DNA from: Minisyncoccota bacterium
Lineage (GTDB): Bacteria > Patescibacteriota > Minisyncoccia > Phycocordibacterales > UBA9973
Direction: 5' to 3'
NCBI GenBank assembly: GCA_035510575.1
Contig: DATKGV010000004.1
Span: 6,839 to 70,838 of the forward strand
Length of the DNA: 64,000 nt
Shown: positions 38,707 to 49,951 of the stretch, piece after piece
How the letters are laid out: the number at the start of each line of letters is the position of its first letter
Numbering within the stretch: position 1 is the stretch's first letter
Made by a program: the position numbers and the translations under genes
Notes under the pieces: model-generated
Database searches by the model: none
Seen by the model: the letters and a program-made list of their open reading frames with translations, nothing else
Told to the model about the DNA's origin: nothing

Positions 38707-39480
38707 TTATTTTTTATGCAAATAATATTTTCTTTTAGCTTCAGGCAATCTTTCTATTGCGTAGCGGAGCATGGTGCGGGACATGTTTTTAATATTGGAA
38801 TCTAGAAATTTTATGAGTTCTTTTTCAGACACTCTTTTCCCTACTTCGCGAAGCATCCAGCCACAGGCCTTTTTAATCAAGTCGTGTTTGTCTTTCATCA
38901 AGATTTTTACAATCTTAAAAGTCCATTTATACCCGCCCGCATCGCCTTGTGAAGCATGGCGGGCAGGTTCCCCTTTGTAAATAAAAGCAAACGTAGAAAT
39001 AATTGCAATTCTTTTCTCCCAAAGATTTTTTGAATTGGCAAGTTTCTCAAGGACGGTCCTTGGGGAAACTCTCTTAATGACCGTCCTTTTGTACAAATAA
39101 TCCCCAACAATATAACCAGCTGATAAATCAACCAAATCCCAATTATTTATATATTTCGTATGCGATAAATAAAAATCACAAATCTGCTTACCCCATAGGT
39201 CTTGCCTATGGGGTTGTCTAGTTTTATATTTATGAACTAATATTAAAAGCGCTACTAGTCGTGCCTCATGATATTTATTTTTTATAAGTTTTGAAACATC
39301 AGAAAGCGCAAGCTCGCCGTATTTTACGGCGAGCTTGCGCGATTCCGGAACTGCAATTCCCAAGAAAAAATCGCCTTTTCCATATTCCCCTTTGCCTGTC
39401 TTAAAAAATCCGGATAATATGCGAGCTTTCTCCGGATTGGCTTTCACTTTTAATTCCTTGAGAAGATCATACAAAAGCAT
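38707..39480 (-). CDS. DNA alkylation repair protein (AlkD/AlkC HEAT-repeat family), with two in-frame palindromic insertions
   Basis: DNA_alkylation family pattern (WMLREVGK ..., NWDLVD). Contains A3 (38932-38967, encodes EPARHASQGDAGG) and B2 (39191-39213, encodes PHRQDLWG). Confidence 0.65.
   Translation of the reverse strand: MLLYDLLKELKVKANPEKARILSGFFKTGKGEYGKGDFFLGIAVPESRKLAVKYGELALSDVSKLIKNKYHEARLVALLILVHKYKTRQPHRQDLWGKQICDFYLSHTKYINNWDLVDLSAGYIVGDYLYKRTVIKRVSPRTVLEKLANSKNLWEKRIAIISTFAFIYKGEPARHASQGDAGGYKWTFKIVKILMKDKHDLIKKACGWMLREVGKRVSEKELIKFLDSNIKNMSRTMLRYAIERLPEAKRKYYLHKK
38932..38967. repeat. GC-rich hairpin element A3 (family A subtype ii), in-frame in alkD-like gene
   Basis: cccgcccgcatcgccttgtgaagcatggcgggcagg. 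Shares its termini and loop core with 45232-45268. Confidence 0.7.
39191..39213. repeat. family B palindrome B2 (ccccataggtcttgcctatgggg), in-frame in alkD-like gene
   Basis: Stem ccccatagg / cctatgggg, loop tcttgc. Encodes PHRQDLWG. Confidence 0.7.
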
Positions 39481-39494
39481 GATTTTAATTCATT

Positions 39495-39941
39495 TTAAAT
39501 TCTATATTTCTTATTTCTCCATTTATCGGCAATTTTGACTCGAGTTAGAGATCGTTCAAGCTCAGTCGTGAAATGCTCAAGATCGACAATTTCCTTATTT
39601 TCAGCTTGTTTTCTTAATTCTTCGGCGCGAGCTTTTGCGCGAGCTATGGCTTCGTCGGAAAGCTCCGAGACATGCTCCGCGAAATCCGCAAGCACTGTGA
39701 CAGTGGTATGGCCATTGTCTCCTTTTTTGACTTCTATTGCTCCTCCAACGACTGCCATGGGAATATGCTCGCCATCCGATATTGCCACAATATCCCCGGA
39801 AGCAAGCTCGGCAATCATAGGTACGTGATCGGCAAGCACGGACACTTCTCCTTCGGTAGTTGGCATAACCACGACGTCAACCATTTCATCAAGAATTAGT
39901 TTTTCCGGCGTTACAATTTTAAGTTCTAATTTTTTTGACAT
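39495..39941 (-). CDS. atpC: F1 ATP synthase epsilon subunit
   Basis: MSKKLELKIVTPEKLILDE... Confidence 0.8.
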   Translation of the reverse strand: MSKKLELKIVTPEKLILDEMVDVVVMPTTEGEVSVLADHVPMIAELASGDIVAISDGEHIPMAVVGGAIEVKKGDNGHTTVTVLADFAEHVSELSDEAIARAKARAEELRKQAENKEIVDLEHFTTELERSLTRVKIADKWRNKKYRI

Positions 39942-39944
39942 AAT

Positions 39945-41339
<1,395 letters not shown>

Positions 41340-41358
41340 TTATAATTTTAACTAATAA

Positions 41359-42339
41359 TTAATTCACGCTTGCCATGCCTGCGCTTATTTCCGATATCTC
41401 TTGAGTAATGCCGGCTTGGCGGGCCTTATTAAACACCAGAGTCAAATCGCTTATCATCTCGCCTGCAGCATCCGTCGCATTCTTCATGGCGACCATTCTG
41501 GACGATTGCTCGGAAGCGCTTGATTCAAGCGTCATTTGATAAATCTGAGTTCGGATAATCTTTTCAGCCAATGATTCCACAAGCGCCACTGCATCTCCTT
41601 CAAATATATACGGCGTTTCTGAATTTTCTCTCTTTTCAGACCCCTCCTCAGTCCTCCCCTTATCAAGGGGAGGAAGAACTTCATTGATTGTGTCAATCAA
41701 TTCTTTTATTTCCTGTTTTGATATCGGCAGAAGCTTGCGCATATTTGCTTTCTGATTTAGCGCCGATATGAAATCAGTATATGCCACAAAAATATCCTTA
41801 TATTCCCCTTTTTTATATTCGTCAACAATAAGCTTCGAGAGAGGAACAATATCAAAAAGAGTTTTATTGTCGGGAATATCAACAAATGAAGCTATAACAT
41901 TCTGCCCGGTACGGCGCATAGCGCCATCGCCTTTTTTGCCAACAGTTATGATATCAACTTTTATTTCCTTCCCCGACACCTGGTGTAGGGGAGTTTCCCC
42001 GACACCAGGTGTAGGGGAAATTTTCGTTTTTAACATACTAATAGCTTTTTTTATAACTTGAGTATTATAGGCCCCGCAAAGTCCGGTATTGGAAGTTATG
42101 AGAATAAGCAAAGTTTTGCCTTCTTTTTTTTCCATAAAAAATGGGTGGTTTATATCATCCAACCGCACAGAAAGCGAAGTTAAAACATTCCAAGAATAAG
42201 TCGCATATAATCTGGAAGCAAGAGCGCTCGAGACCGCGCGCCTCATCTTGGAAGCCGCCACGAGCTCCATGGCTTTCGTGATTTTTTTCGTGTTCTTCAC
42301 GCTTTTTATTCGCTGTTTGATTTCTTTTGTGCTTGCCAT
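41359..42339 (-). CDS. atpG: F1 ATP synthase gamma subunit, with three in-frame palindromic insertions
   Basis: N- and C-terminal gamma helices (MASTKEIKQRIKSVKNTKKITKAMELVAASKMRRA ... ). Contains D1 (41653-41673) and tandem E1/E2 (41971-42017). Confidence 0.8.
   Translation of the reverse strand: MASTKEIKQRIKSVKNTKKITKAMELVAASKMRRAVSSALASRLYATYSWNVLTSLSVRLDDINHPFFMEKKEGKTLLILITSNTGLCGAYNTQVIKKAISMLKTKISPTPGVGETPLHQVSGKEIKVDIITVGKKGDGAMRRTGQNVIASFVDIPDNKTLFDIVPLSKLIVDEYKKGEYKDIFVAYTDFISALNQKANMRKLLPISKQEIKELIDTINEVLPPLDKGRTEEGSEKRENSETPYIFEGDAVALVESLAEKIIRTQIYQMTLESSASEQSSRMVAMKNATDAAGEMISDLTLVFNKARQAGITQEISEISAGMASVN
41653..41673. repeat. perfect palindrome D1 cctcccctt-atca-aggggagg, in-frame in atpG
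   Basis: Read directly; encodes part of ...LPPLDKGRTEEG... Confidence 0.65.
41971..42017. repeat. tandem duplicated palindromes E1/E2 (ccccgacacctggtgtagggg, ccccgacaccaggtgtagggg), in-frame in atpG
   Basis: Two 21-nt near-palindromes 5 nt apart. Encode ...SPTPGVGETPLHQVSG... Confidence 0.65.
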
Positions 42340-42344
42340 AAATA

Positions 42345-43847
42345 TTATTTATTAAAAGAATTTTTGAATTCTGTAATCGCTTTTTTGAGCGAGTTTTCTG
42401 ATTCATCGGTCCACATTTTTTTCTCTACGATATCTCTGTAAAAATCTTTAGCATGGCGTTCCGTATAGTCCAGAAGTCCAGTTTCAAATTCCTTGATTTT
42501 TTCGACTGGCACATCATCAAGATAGCCCTTTACAAGAGCATATAGCGTGACCACTTGGCGTTCTATAACTACGGGAGCATATTGGGGCTGCTTGAGAACT
42601 TCCACGGATCTCTTTCCGCGTTCAAGCTGCCGTTTGGTATTTTCATCAAGGTCAGAACCAAATTGGGAGAACACTTCAAGTTCGCGGAATTGAGCAAGAT
42701 CAAGCTTAAGCGTGCCCGCAATTTTTTTCATAGCTTTAATCTGCGCCGATGAGCCGACGCGGGAAACAGACAACCCGACATTTACCGCCGGACGGATGCC
42801 TTTGTAGAAAAGATCTGTTTCAAGGAAAATTTGCCCGTCAGTAATGGAAATAACATTCGTGGGAATATACGCAGACACGTCGCCAGCTTGCGTTTCAATA
42901 ATTGGAAGCGCTGTGATTGATCCGCCGCCATATTCCTTGTTTCTTCGGCAGGCGCGTTCAAGCAGGCGCGAATGCAAGTAAAAAACGTCGCCAGGATAGG
43001 CCTCACGTCCCGGCGGACGGCGAAGGAGGAGAGAAATCTCGCGATAAGCGACAGCATGCTTGGAAAGATCATCGTAAATAATCAGCACATCCTTGCCTTG
43101 ATCCATGAAATACTCAGCGATGGACACTCCGGTATAAGGAGCGATGTATGCGAGGGCCGCCGGCTCTGAAGCTCCAGCTGAAATAATAATCGTATAATCC
43201 ATAGCGCCTCCCTCCTCCAAGCGGGCTTGCAGTTTGCGAAGCTTGGAGTCCTTCTGGCCGATAGAAACATAGACGCAAATAATATTCTGGCCTTTTTGAT
43301 TCAAAATCGTATCTATGGCAATGGCGGTCTTGCCTGTCTGCCTGTCGCCTATTAGAAGTTCGCGCTGTCCGCGGCCGATCGGAATAAGCGCATCAATCGC
43401 CTTAATTCCCGTAATTACCGGCTGATCAACGGAAAGACGCGTCACCACGCCCGGAGCAACTTTTTCAATGGGATTTGTTTTATCTGTTTTGATGTCGCCT
43501 TTGCCATCTATAGGAGAGCCAAGAGCATTTAACACACGGCCTATTTCAGAATCAGATACGGGCACGGATAGTATGCGGCCTGTAGCTTTCACTTCCTCGC
43601 CTTCCTTAATATTGAAAAAATCTCCAAGAACAATGACGCCGACAGAATCTTCATCCAGATTAAGCGCCACCCCCATAGACCCGGATGCGAAACTTACCAT
43701 TTCAGACGCCTTTAAATCAGAGAGTCCTGAAACGCGGGCTATGCCATCGAACACTTCTATGACATGACCGACTTTCTCCGCCTTGGCAACGGCTTGGAAT
43801 TTCTCAATCTGTTTTCTTAAATTTTCTACAATGTGATTCTTTGTCAT
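42345..43847 (-). CDS. atpA: F1 ATP synthase alpha subunit
   Basis: [21 protein letters not shown]-loop. 500 aa. Confidence 0.9.
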   Translation of the reverse strand: MTKNHIVENLRKQIEKFQAVAKAEKVGHVIEVFDGIARVSGLSDLKASEMVSFASGSMGVALNLDEDSVGVIVLGDFFNIKEGEEVKATGRILSVPVSDSEIGRVLNALGSPIDGKGDIKTDKTNPIEKVAPGVVTRLSVDQPVITGIKAIDALIPIGRGQRELLIGDRQTGKTAIAIDTILNQKGQNIICVYVSIGQKDSKLRKLQARLEEGGAMDYTIIISAGASEPAALAYIAPYTGVSIAEYFMDQGKDVLIIYDDLSKHAVAYREISLLLRRPPGREAYPGDVFYLHSRLLERACRRNKEYGGGSITALPIIETQAGDVSAYIPTNVISITDGQIFLETDLFYKGIRPAVNVGLSVSRVGSSAQIKAMKKIAGTLKLDLAQFRELEVFSQFGSDLDENTKRQLERGKRSVEVLKQPQYAPVVIERQVVTLYALVKGYLDDVPVEKIKEFETGLLDYTERHAKDFYRDIVEKKMWTDESENSLKKAITEFKNSFNK

Positions 43848-43848
43848 A

Positions 43849-44256
43849 TTAATTTGTATTTAAATAATTTTGTAATTGGCCTATTTTATTTGAAAGCGTC
43901 ATGTCTATAACTTCATCTCCAACTTCTATCTTGATTCCGCCCAGCAATTTTTTATCTTCAATATAAGTTGGGATTATTTCTTTGGCCTTGTAGCGCTTCT
44001 TCAATAATTCTTCTACCGCATCAGTTATCTTTTTATCCGTCTTTGTCCGAGTGCTGACGCGAGCCCGTACTATACCATTATCTTCATCTATGATATTCTC
44101 AAGTTTATCTAATATAAGATTTGATTTGCCAAGCATATGCTTCTCCGCAAGCAAGCAAGCCGCATTTTCCATAAGCGCGTCAAGATCTTCTCCAGTTTTT
44201 CCTTTGGAGGAATCATATATTGCCTGAGCTAGATTGTTGATAGAAATAATTGGCAT
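43849..44256 (-). CDS. atpH: F1 ATP synthase delta (OSCP) subunit, short form
   Basis: 135 aa. C-terminal [24 protein letters not shown] matches the delta C-domain. Confidence 0.6.
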   Translation of the reverse strand: MPIISINNLAQAIYDSSKGKTGEDLDALMENAACLLAEKHMLGKSNLILDKLENIIDEDNGIVRARVSTRTKTDKKITDAVEELLKKRYKAKEIIPTYIEDKKLLGGIKIEVGDEVIDMTLSNKIGQLQNYLNTN

Positions 44257-44262
44257 AATGTT

Positions 44263-44754
44263 TTATATATTTTTCATATTCTTCAAAGTTTTTGCGTCGT
44301 ACGACTCATCGGTATTTGATTCAAGTAATTTTTCAGTCGCTTTAACCACCAAAGAAACGATTTCTTTTTTTGCCTCCTCCATCATTTTGACTTTTTCGAC
44401 TTCGAGAATCTTCTTGCCATTTATAATCATGGCCTCAATTTCATGATTGGCTTTTGAAATCATATCGGCTTTGTTCGCTTCGGCCTCATGCTTCCCCTGC
44501 TCGAATATATCGCGGGCCAGAGCGCGGGCTTTATTTAAAATATCGTCATATTCCTTGCGAGTTTTTTGGATAAGCTCGGCATTGGCTTTGGCATCGGCAA
44601 GACCGTTCTCTATGCGCTGCTGCCTGTCGGACATTAATTTCTTAAGGGGCTTGAGAGCAAAAAGATATAAAACCAAAAAAACAATGCCGAAATTTACCGC
44701 TTGAGCGACGATTATTTTCCAATCTATGTGAAATGTAGCTATAAGTGAATCCAT
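44263..44754 (-). CDS. atpF: Fo ATP synthase b subunit
   Basis: N-terminal TM plus long charged coiled coil. Confidence 0.7.
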   Translation of the reverse strand: MDSLIATFHIDWKIIVAQAVNFGIVFLVLYLFALKPLKKLMSDRQQRIENGLADAKANAELIQKTRKEYDDILNKARALARDIFEQGKHEAEANKADMISKANHEIEAMIINGKKILEVEKVKMMEEAKKEIVSLVVKATEKLLESNTDESYDAKTLKNMKNI

Positions 44755-44800
44755 GAATTAGTTTTTAGTGATTAGTTTATAGTTTTTATATAATTAGTTG

Positions 44801-44818
44801 CTAGCGCCTAGGCGCTAG
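44801..44818. repeat. perfect 18-nt palindrome ctagcgcctaggcgctag (family F) followed by ctagaa-type short repeats, in the atpF-atpE intergenic region
   Basis: Read directly. The related core cgcctaggcg recurs at 62981-62990 inside the uvrA N-terminal extension. Confidence 0.6.
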
Positions 44819-44852
44819 TTTTCACTAGAACCTAGAAACTAGAACCCAATTG

Positions 44853-45080
<228 letters not shown>

Positions 45081-45120
45081 TTATTAATAATATCGACTTT
45101 AATTTTATAAAAATAACTCC

Positions 45121-45200
45121 ATAAAAGATTGTTTTTACAAAAGTCCTCGGATCTCCTCGCGATTACACTCGGCCAGACTTTCCTAAAAACAATCTTTTAT
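45121..45200. repeat. about 80-nt palindromic element C1, between atpE and the atpB stop
   Basis: ataaaagattgtttttac aaaagtcctcggatctcctcgcgattacactcggccagac tttcctaaaaacaatcttttat. The outer arms are inverted repeats. The core recurs twice inside uvrC. Confidence 0.65.
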
Positions 45201-46150
45201 TACGTTACCATCATTTCCTTTTTTACATGTTCCCCGCCTGCATTGTCTTGCAAAGCATGGCGGGCAGGATGCTCTTCATGTTCATCATGATCTTGCGAAG
45301 CTATTGTAAAGTACACAAGCACTAAGATCGCAAAAATGAATGCCTGTATCACTCCCACAAAGATCTCAAGGAACAAGAACGGTATAGGAAGACCATATGC
45401 CAAAAGAGCGCTCATAGATACCAGAAGCACTTCGCCGGCAAAGACGTTCCCGAATAATCGGAACGAGAGCGAAGCAACCTTGGCAAATTCACCAATAAGC
45501 TCAAGCAAGCCCACAAAGAAAGTGACTGGAGCGACAATGATTATCATCGGATCTCGGCGAATATTGGTGAAAATGCCGCCAAGCGCCTTTATATTAACAT
45601 ATTTATTGAATGTTTTCCAAGCTCCGATGGAAACTATGCCGAATATATTGGCGCTTATAACAGACATTAATGATAAAGCCAAAGTTGTATTTATATCTGC
45701 CGTACCGCTTCGAATAAATGGCACAAAGGACAGGCCTTCACCGCCCTTCTCAATAAGGCCCAAGCCGCCTAATGGCAATATGCCCAGCCAATTATTTACA
45801 AGCACAAACATGAAAATTGAGAATGCCAATGGAAAAACTTTATTGGAAATCTTTCTGCTCCCGGTAACCTGATCACAAAGAGAAAGAGCGCCTTCAAGCA
45901 TGATTTCAAAAAAATTCTGAATGCCTTTCGGAATTTCTTTTAATTTAAAACGTATTCCCATAACCAATATAATTATAAAAAGAACGGCAGCCCAACTGGT
46001 TAAAAGCGCATTGGTAACGGGAAGAGGCCCGATATGCGCGACTGGCTCTGCATAAAGAGTAACTTCATGCGAAACTTCTGTTTGATTTTCATTAATTTGA
46101 TTTTCCATTTTTCTCTTTTTTTTCTGTCTGCGCAGGCAGGTCCTTTTCAA
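45200..46150 (-). CDS. atpB: Fo ATP synthase a subunit, with C-terminal in-frame hairpin insertion
   Basis: Polytopic; conserved R in ...FRLFGNVFAGE... True start is probably MENQ (46108). The C-terminal ...HPARHALQDNAGGEH... is encoded by element A5 (45232-45268). Confidence 0.8.
   Translation of the reverse strand: MKRTCLRRQKKKRKMENQINENQTEVSHEVTLYAEPVAHIGPLPVTNALLTSWAAVLFIIILVMGIRFKLKEIPKGIQNFFEIMLEGALSLCDQVTGSRKISNKVFPLAFSIFMFVLVNNWLGILPLGGLGLIEKGGEGLSFVPFIRSGTADINTTLALSLMSVISANIFGIVSIGAWKTFNKYVNIKALGGIFTNIRRDPMIIIVAPVTFFVGLLELIGEFAKVASLSFRLFGNVFAGEVLLVSMSALLAYGLPIPFLFLEIFVGVIQAFIFAILVLVYFTIASQDHDEHEEHPARHALQDNAGGEHVKKEMMVT
45232..45268. repeat. GC-rich hairpin element A5 (family A subtype ii), in-frame at the atpB C-terminus
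   Basis: ccccgcctgcattgtcttgcaaagcatggcgggcagg. Confidence 0.7.
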
Positions 46151-46376
46151 TATTGTGAATATAATCCAATGAAATTTTCGCCAGGGCTACTATAGAAATA
46201 ATAAATCCCAAAATTGTCATTCCAATAAACATCCATGGATCGGTGCCATAACGCTTGTCCAAATATTTGCCTATAAATAACGCGCAGATTACAGGTACGG
46301 CAATCCAGATCGAGGACTTGGCAAACATTATCAGCGCCGGTTCCCACCAAGCTCTGTTTTTTTTGTTATTTTCCAT
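46092..46376 (-). CDS. AtpI/AtpZ-like small membrane protein preceding the atp operon
   Basis: 94 aa, two TM helices, located immediately upstream of atpB. Confidence 0.4.
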   Translation of the reverse strand: MENNKKNRAWWEPALIMFAKSSIWIAVPVICALFIGKYLDKRYGTDPWMFIGMTILGFIISIVALAKISLDYIHNIEKDLPAQTEKKEKNGKSN

Positions 46377-46455
46377 AAAAATAAAACGGCTTGCGCCGCC
46401 TATAATCTACCAAATAATTGCGGTTTTTTCAAGTTTTTGTTATATTGGCGGATAT

Positions 46456-46527
46456 GCGTGTGTAGTTCAGTGGTAGAACGCTGTCCTGATAAGACAGAGG
46501 CCGTAGGTCCGATTCCTACCACACGCA
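46456..46527 (+). tRNA. tRNA-Ile (anticodon GAU)
   Basis: GCGTGTG / TA / GTTC-AGTGGTA-GAAC / G / CTGTC-CTGATAA-GACAG / AGGCC / GTAGG-TCCGATT-CCTAC / CACACGC / A. All stems Watson-Crick. No encoded CCA. Confidence 0.75.
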
Positions 46528-46580
46528 CAAACAAAAATCCCCTGCTCTTGCGAGTGGGGATTTTTGCTAGAAAATTTTAT

Positions 46581-46865
46581 TTATCTATTTCCGCGGAAAC
46601 CGCCCGCTGGGCGCTCTTCCATGGGACGAGCTTCGTTCACAGTAAGATTGCGACCTTCGTAATCCTTACCGTCAAACATTGAGATAGCTTTCGCAGCATC
46701 GGAATCATTTTCCATTTCTACGAAACCAAAGCCCTTTGAACGACCGGTCATCTTATCCATAATAATAGTTGCTGATGCAACTTGACCTGCAGCCTCAAAG
46801 TGAGACTTCAGTTCGTCATTGGTCGTCTTGTAAGGAAGACCGCCGACATATAACTTTTTTGCCAT
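46581..46865 (-). CDS. RRM-type RNA-binding protein with C-terminal RGG tail
   Basis: MAKKLYVGGLPYKTTNDELKSHF ... KGFGFVEM (RNP-2 and RNP-1 motifs). The upstream part of the track ORF is rejected. Confidence 0.75.
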   Translation of the reverse strand: MAKKLYVGGLPYKTTNDELKSHFEAAGQVASATIIMDKMTGRSKGFGFVEMENDSDAAKAISMFDGKDYEGRNLTVNEARPMEERPAGGFRGNR

Positions 46866-47105
46866 ATATGACAATGTGCTTCTCGCGAGCGTACTTTCAT
46901 ACACGCGCTTGAAGAAAACTAATTTATAAATGTAATCGCATAGGCCGATTTTCATTTACATACTCAATGTTTAAAGCAACGAATATGAAACAAATACCAA
47001 AACATAAGCTAACTACTGGGAGCGATTATAGCAGACATCAGGAAATATAGCAAGGACTTTATAAATTAAGCTTTATTCCCTATATATCAAATTTCCCTTT
47101 ACACC

Positions 47106-47134
47106 TTGACTTATCTATCTAAAAGTGATATAAT
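47106..47134 (+). promoter_or_regulatory. consensus sigma70 promoter (TTGACT-17-TATAAT)
   Basis: ttgact tatctatctaaaagtga tataat. A strong RBS AAGGAGG follows before the ATG at 47202. Confidence 0.45.
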
Positions 47135-47201
47135 GTGAGCAAGAAAATTCATTGAAATAATAATATAAAATAAATAAAAACAGCCAAGGAGGGCTGACAA
47201 A

Positions 47202-48155
47202 ATGGCAAAAATTATTGTTCCATCAACGAAAACACCTGAGTATATTGTTCCAATTTTATTGGCAATAATGATAGGGTTAGGAATACTTCTCTGTTTATTT
47301 CTTGGACTCGGAAAATGGGGGCTGCTTATTCTTTTAGCATGCTTAGCTTCTACTACTTCCCTTTATACGGAGAGTAACATTCCAGCATTCCATGCAATTA
47401 TTATTTTAAATATATTTACGGGTAAAATGCGTACTGCTTTCTCGGGAGTAAATTTTAAACTCCCCTGGGAAAAAGTACAACATGAAGCTGAAGAGAAAAA
47501 ATATATTGATTTAAGAGTTGATCTTAAAGAGGTGTGTGAGGAAACTTATGCATCATCAGATGCATTAATGGAAGTAAAATATGTTTACACCATCAGACCA
47601 GATATTTCAGAGGATGATGAAGATGAAAAAGATGCTGGAGAAAAAATTCTTTTGTTTTCATCTTTTGAACCTTCTGCCATAAAATCAAAGGGGCGCGCAT
47701 TATTTTCAATGCTTCTTTCAGATTATTATGGTCGTAATCCTGGAGAGAAACTTCTAAATAAAGCATTAATAAATAAAGAAATTTTTGGTGATGATGAGCA
47801 AAAACCAAAACAGCCCATTTTGGAGTTCGAAAAAAATCATGGCGTTCAAGTCACTGTGCGTCTTGAAGACAGCGACTTTGATAAGGCTACTCAGAAATTC
47901 CGCGATATGATTTCAGGAGCGAAGTCAATTGATCAAGCTATAGTAGCTCTTATGACAGACACAAAACTTCCAGACGGAACTATTATCAAAGGAATGGAGA
48001 GACCTCAAGCTGAAAAAGTTGTAAAGCTTATGAATCTTGATGGTTATAAAGAACAGGACTTTAATTTGAATGTTACTGCTCCTGATCTGAAAAATGTTAG
48101 AGATATAACCGTTCTTGGAGGATTGGCTGAAGAAAAGAAAGGAGGTAAAAAATGA
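47202..48155 (+). CDS. SPFH/band-7-like membrane protein (tentative)
   Basis: Two N-terminal TM helices, then a segment resembling the SPFH fold (FTGKMRTAFSGVNFKLPWEKV ... VKYVYTIRP), and an acidic patch. Confidence 0.35.
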   Translation: MAKIIVPSTKTPEYIVPILLAIMIGLGILLCLFLGLGKWGLLILLACLASTTSLYTESNIPAFHAIIILNIFTGKMRTAFSGVNFKLPWEKVQHEAEEKKYIDLRVDLKEVCEETYASSDALMEVKYVYTIRPDISEDDEDEKDAGEKILLFSSFEPSAIKSKGRALFSMLLSDYYGRNPGEKLLNKALINKEIFGDDEQKPKQPILEFEKNHGVQVTVRLEDSDFDKATQKFRDMISGAKSIDQAIVALMTDTKLPDGTIIKGMERPQAEKVVKLMNLDGYKEQDFNLNVTAPDLKNVRDITVLGGLAEEKKGGKK

Positions 48156-48619
48156 GTACTGTTAAAATAAAATCGGAGAATACGACTATAAAATGGATCT
48201 TTTGGGGAATATTTTTTGTTGTTTTATTATTTATTATAAACTCAGGAATTAAATCTTGTAATAGGGATGGTAATTCCAAAAAAGATAACAGTAGTAATAC
48301 TAATAAAATAGAACAACCGGAACTCATCACTATGCCTCCGCATGATGCAATGGTCATAAAGATTAATAGTTCGTTGTCTAATGGCACAATCATGCCGGCA
48401 GGTTACAATACAATTTTTGATTGTAATCAACCATATCAAGTAGTTGATCAAAATGGCAAGACCTATGATGGCGAAATTGGTAAAGATGTAAACATAGGAT
48501 TCCTTTACTCTTATGAATCAACGGCTAATCTTTTATTGCGATTTCGAACTAGAAATGGTGCTAAAACTGAAATGAGAATTTCTTTTATACCACTTACTAT
48601 TAAAAATCCTGCAAGATAA
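48152..48619 (+). CDS. hypothetical single-TM exported protein (possible partner of the upstream membrane protein)
   Basis: 155 aa. Start overlaps the upstream stop (ATGA). Confidence 0.3.
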   Translation: MSTVKIKSENTTIKWIFWGIFFVVLLFIINSGIKSCNRDGNSKKDNSSNTNKIEQPELITMPPHDAMVIKINSSLSNGTIMPAGYNTIFDCNQPYQVVDQNGKTYDGEIGKDVNIGFLYSYESTANLLLRFRTRNGAKTEMRISFIPLTIKNPAR

Positions 48620-48687
48620 AGAAATAAATCAAAAGCGCCCGGATGGACTTATTCATCAGAGCGCTTTTTTTATGCCTTTTATATTTT

Positions 48688-49005
48688 CTACTGGCCTACC
48701 GTATAATTTCCACTGCTGTCTATTTTAATTTTATTCTCTCCGAAAGTGCCTAAAATTAAATTCATGATTCCAAAAACCGCCACCATGATGAACAGTCCGA
48801 CGATTCCCCAGAGCATATGCGACTTGCTGCTTTTGCGGATTTCTTCATTATCTGGCGATAATAGATATTGTGCAAGACCATATAAGAAGTAAACCATCGA
48901 TAAGGCGAATAAAAAGTAGATGATAGGATTGATGACAACCTTATCAATACTTTTCATAAGCGTTACTACGCTTGCTTCCGCGACTGGAATAATCTGAAAA
49001 TTCAT
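48688..49005 (-). CDS. pilin-like double-TM small protein, paralog 1 (VirB2/TrbC-like architecture)
   Basis: Hydrophobic helix, LLSPDNEEIRKSSKSHMLWGIVGLFIMV loop motif, second helix. Confidence 0.4.
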   Translation of the reverse strand: MNFQIIPVAEASVVTLMKSIDKVVINPIIYFLFALSMVYFLYGLAQYLLSPDNEEIRKSSKSHMLWGIVGLFIMVAVFGIMNLILGTFGENKIKIDSSGNYTVGQ

Positions 49006-49017
49006 ATCAACAATATG

Positions 49018-49374
49018 CTAGCAAGTTACGCCAGGACCAGGAATACAAGGAATAGCGCCTGGATTCAATTGTTCCGAGCCAACTCCGAAAGTAGTGGTAA
49101 TAAGGCGGATAATGCCCCAGAATGCTATTATAATGAATAATCCAATAAGACCATTGATTATCATACCGCGAGCAGCTTTCTTCTTTTCTTCATCTCCTGC
49201 AACAAGATATTGAATAACACCCCAGATAAACCAAACAACTGCTAAACTGATCAATATAGGAATTATAGTATTCAAAATCTGATTTATAGTCGTAAGAATA
49301 CTAAACGCATTCGCCGCAAGGGCGAAGAATGGAACCGACCCTATAACAATACCTAATGAAATGACTTTTTTCAT
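49018..49374 (-). CDS. pilin-like double-TM small protein, paralog 2
   Basis: Signal peptide plus WGVIQYLVAGDEEKKKAARGMIINGLIGLFIII, and a C-terminal Cys-Pro-rich tail. Confidence 0.4.
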   Translation of the reverse strand: MKKVISLGIVIGSVPFFALAANAFSILTTINQILNTIIPILISLAVVWFIWGVIQYLVAGDEEKKKAARGMIINGLIGLFIIIAFWGIIRLITTTFGVGSEQLNPGAIPCIPGPGVTC

Positions 49375-49486
49375 AAATGACTATTTTTATTTAAAATTAA
49401 GCGACCTGATAATAATAATTGCACCTACTCCAGCACTTTTTTACTACCTGCATTATATCACAAAAAAACATATTGCGAGCAATGCC

Positions 49487-49951
49487 CTACTGTGAAAGCT
49501 GTGGAATGAGAGTTTTAATGCCGAATGTATTAGAGAAAACCCCAACCAATCCCCACATACTTATCATTACGAACAAAGCAATCAAACCCCATATCATATA
49601 GCTTTTCCCGGACTTGCGTTTCTCTTCATTGTCGGGATTTAGGAAATACTTGATTATTCCCCAAATAAATGCGGCTGTAGCGAGAGTGAATAAAAACGGT
49701 ACCACTGATTTTATTAGCGTACAGCTGAAAAAATTGAAAACATTGCCTATACTTGTAAAACTTATATTGCTGCAAACATCTGGATTTTGTATGCCTGTAT
49801 TCACATACATATTGCCAGTAGTACCACCAGGACAATCGGCCTCACCCGGACATATAGCTCTCACAGTAGAAAAAGGTGGCATTGTGACTGAAAAAACAAA
49901 AAGTATTGAAAGCGATAAAAATACAGTTATTGTTTTATTTACTATATTCAT
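49487..49951 (-). CDS. pilin-like double-TM small protein, paralog 3
   Basis: Signal peptide, Cys-rich ectodomain (CPGEADCPGG), then IWGIIKYFLNPDNEEKRKSGKSYMIWGLIALFVMI. Confidence 0.4.
   Translation of the reverse strand: MNIVNKTITVFLSLSILFVFSVTMPPFSTVRAICPGEADCPGGTTGNMYVNTGIQNPDVCSNISFTSIGNVFNFFSCTLIKSVVPFLFTLATAAFIWGIIKYFLNPDNEEKRKSGKSYMIWGLIALFVMISMWGLVGVFSNTFGIKTLIPQLSQ

Noticed and set aside
41971-42017. Tandem 21-nt direct repeats considered as a possible mini-CRISPR or tandem-repeat locus
   Set aside because: Only two units, no spacer-like unique sequences, and located in-frame inside atpG. They belong to the palindromic-element phenomenon.
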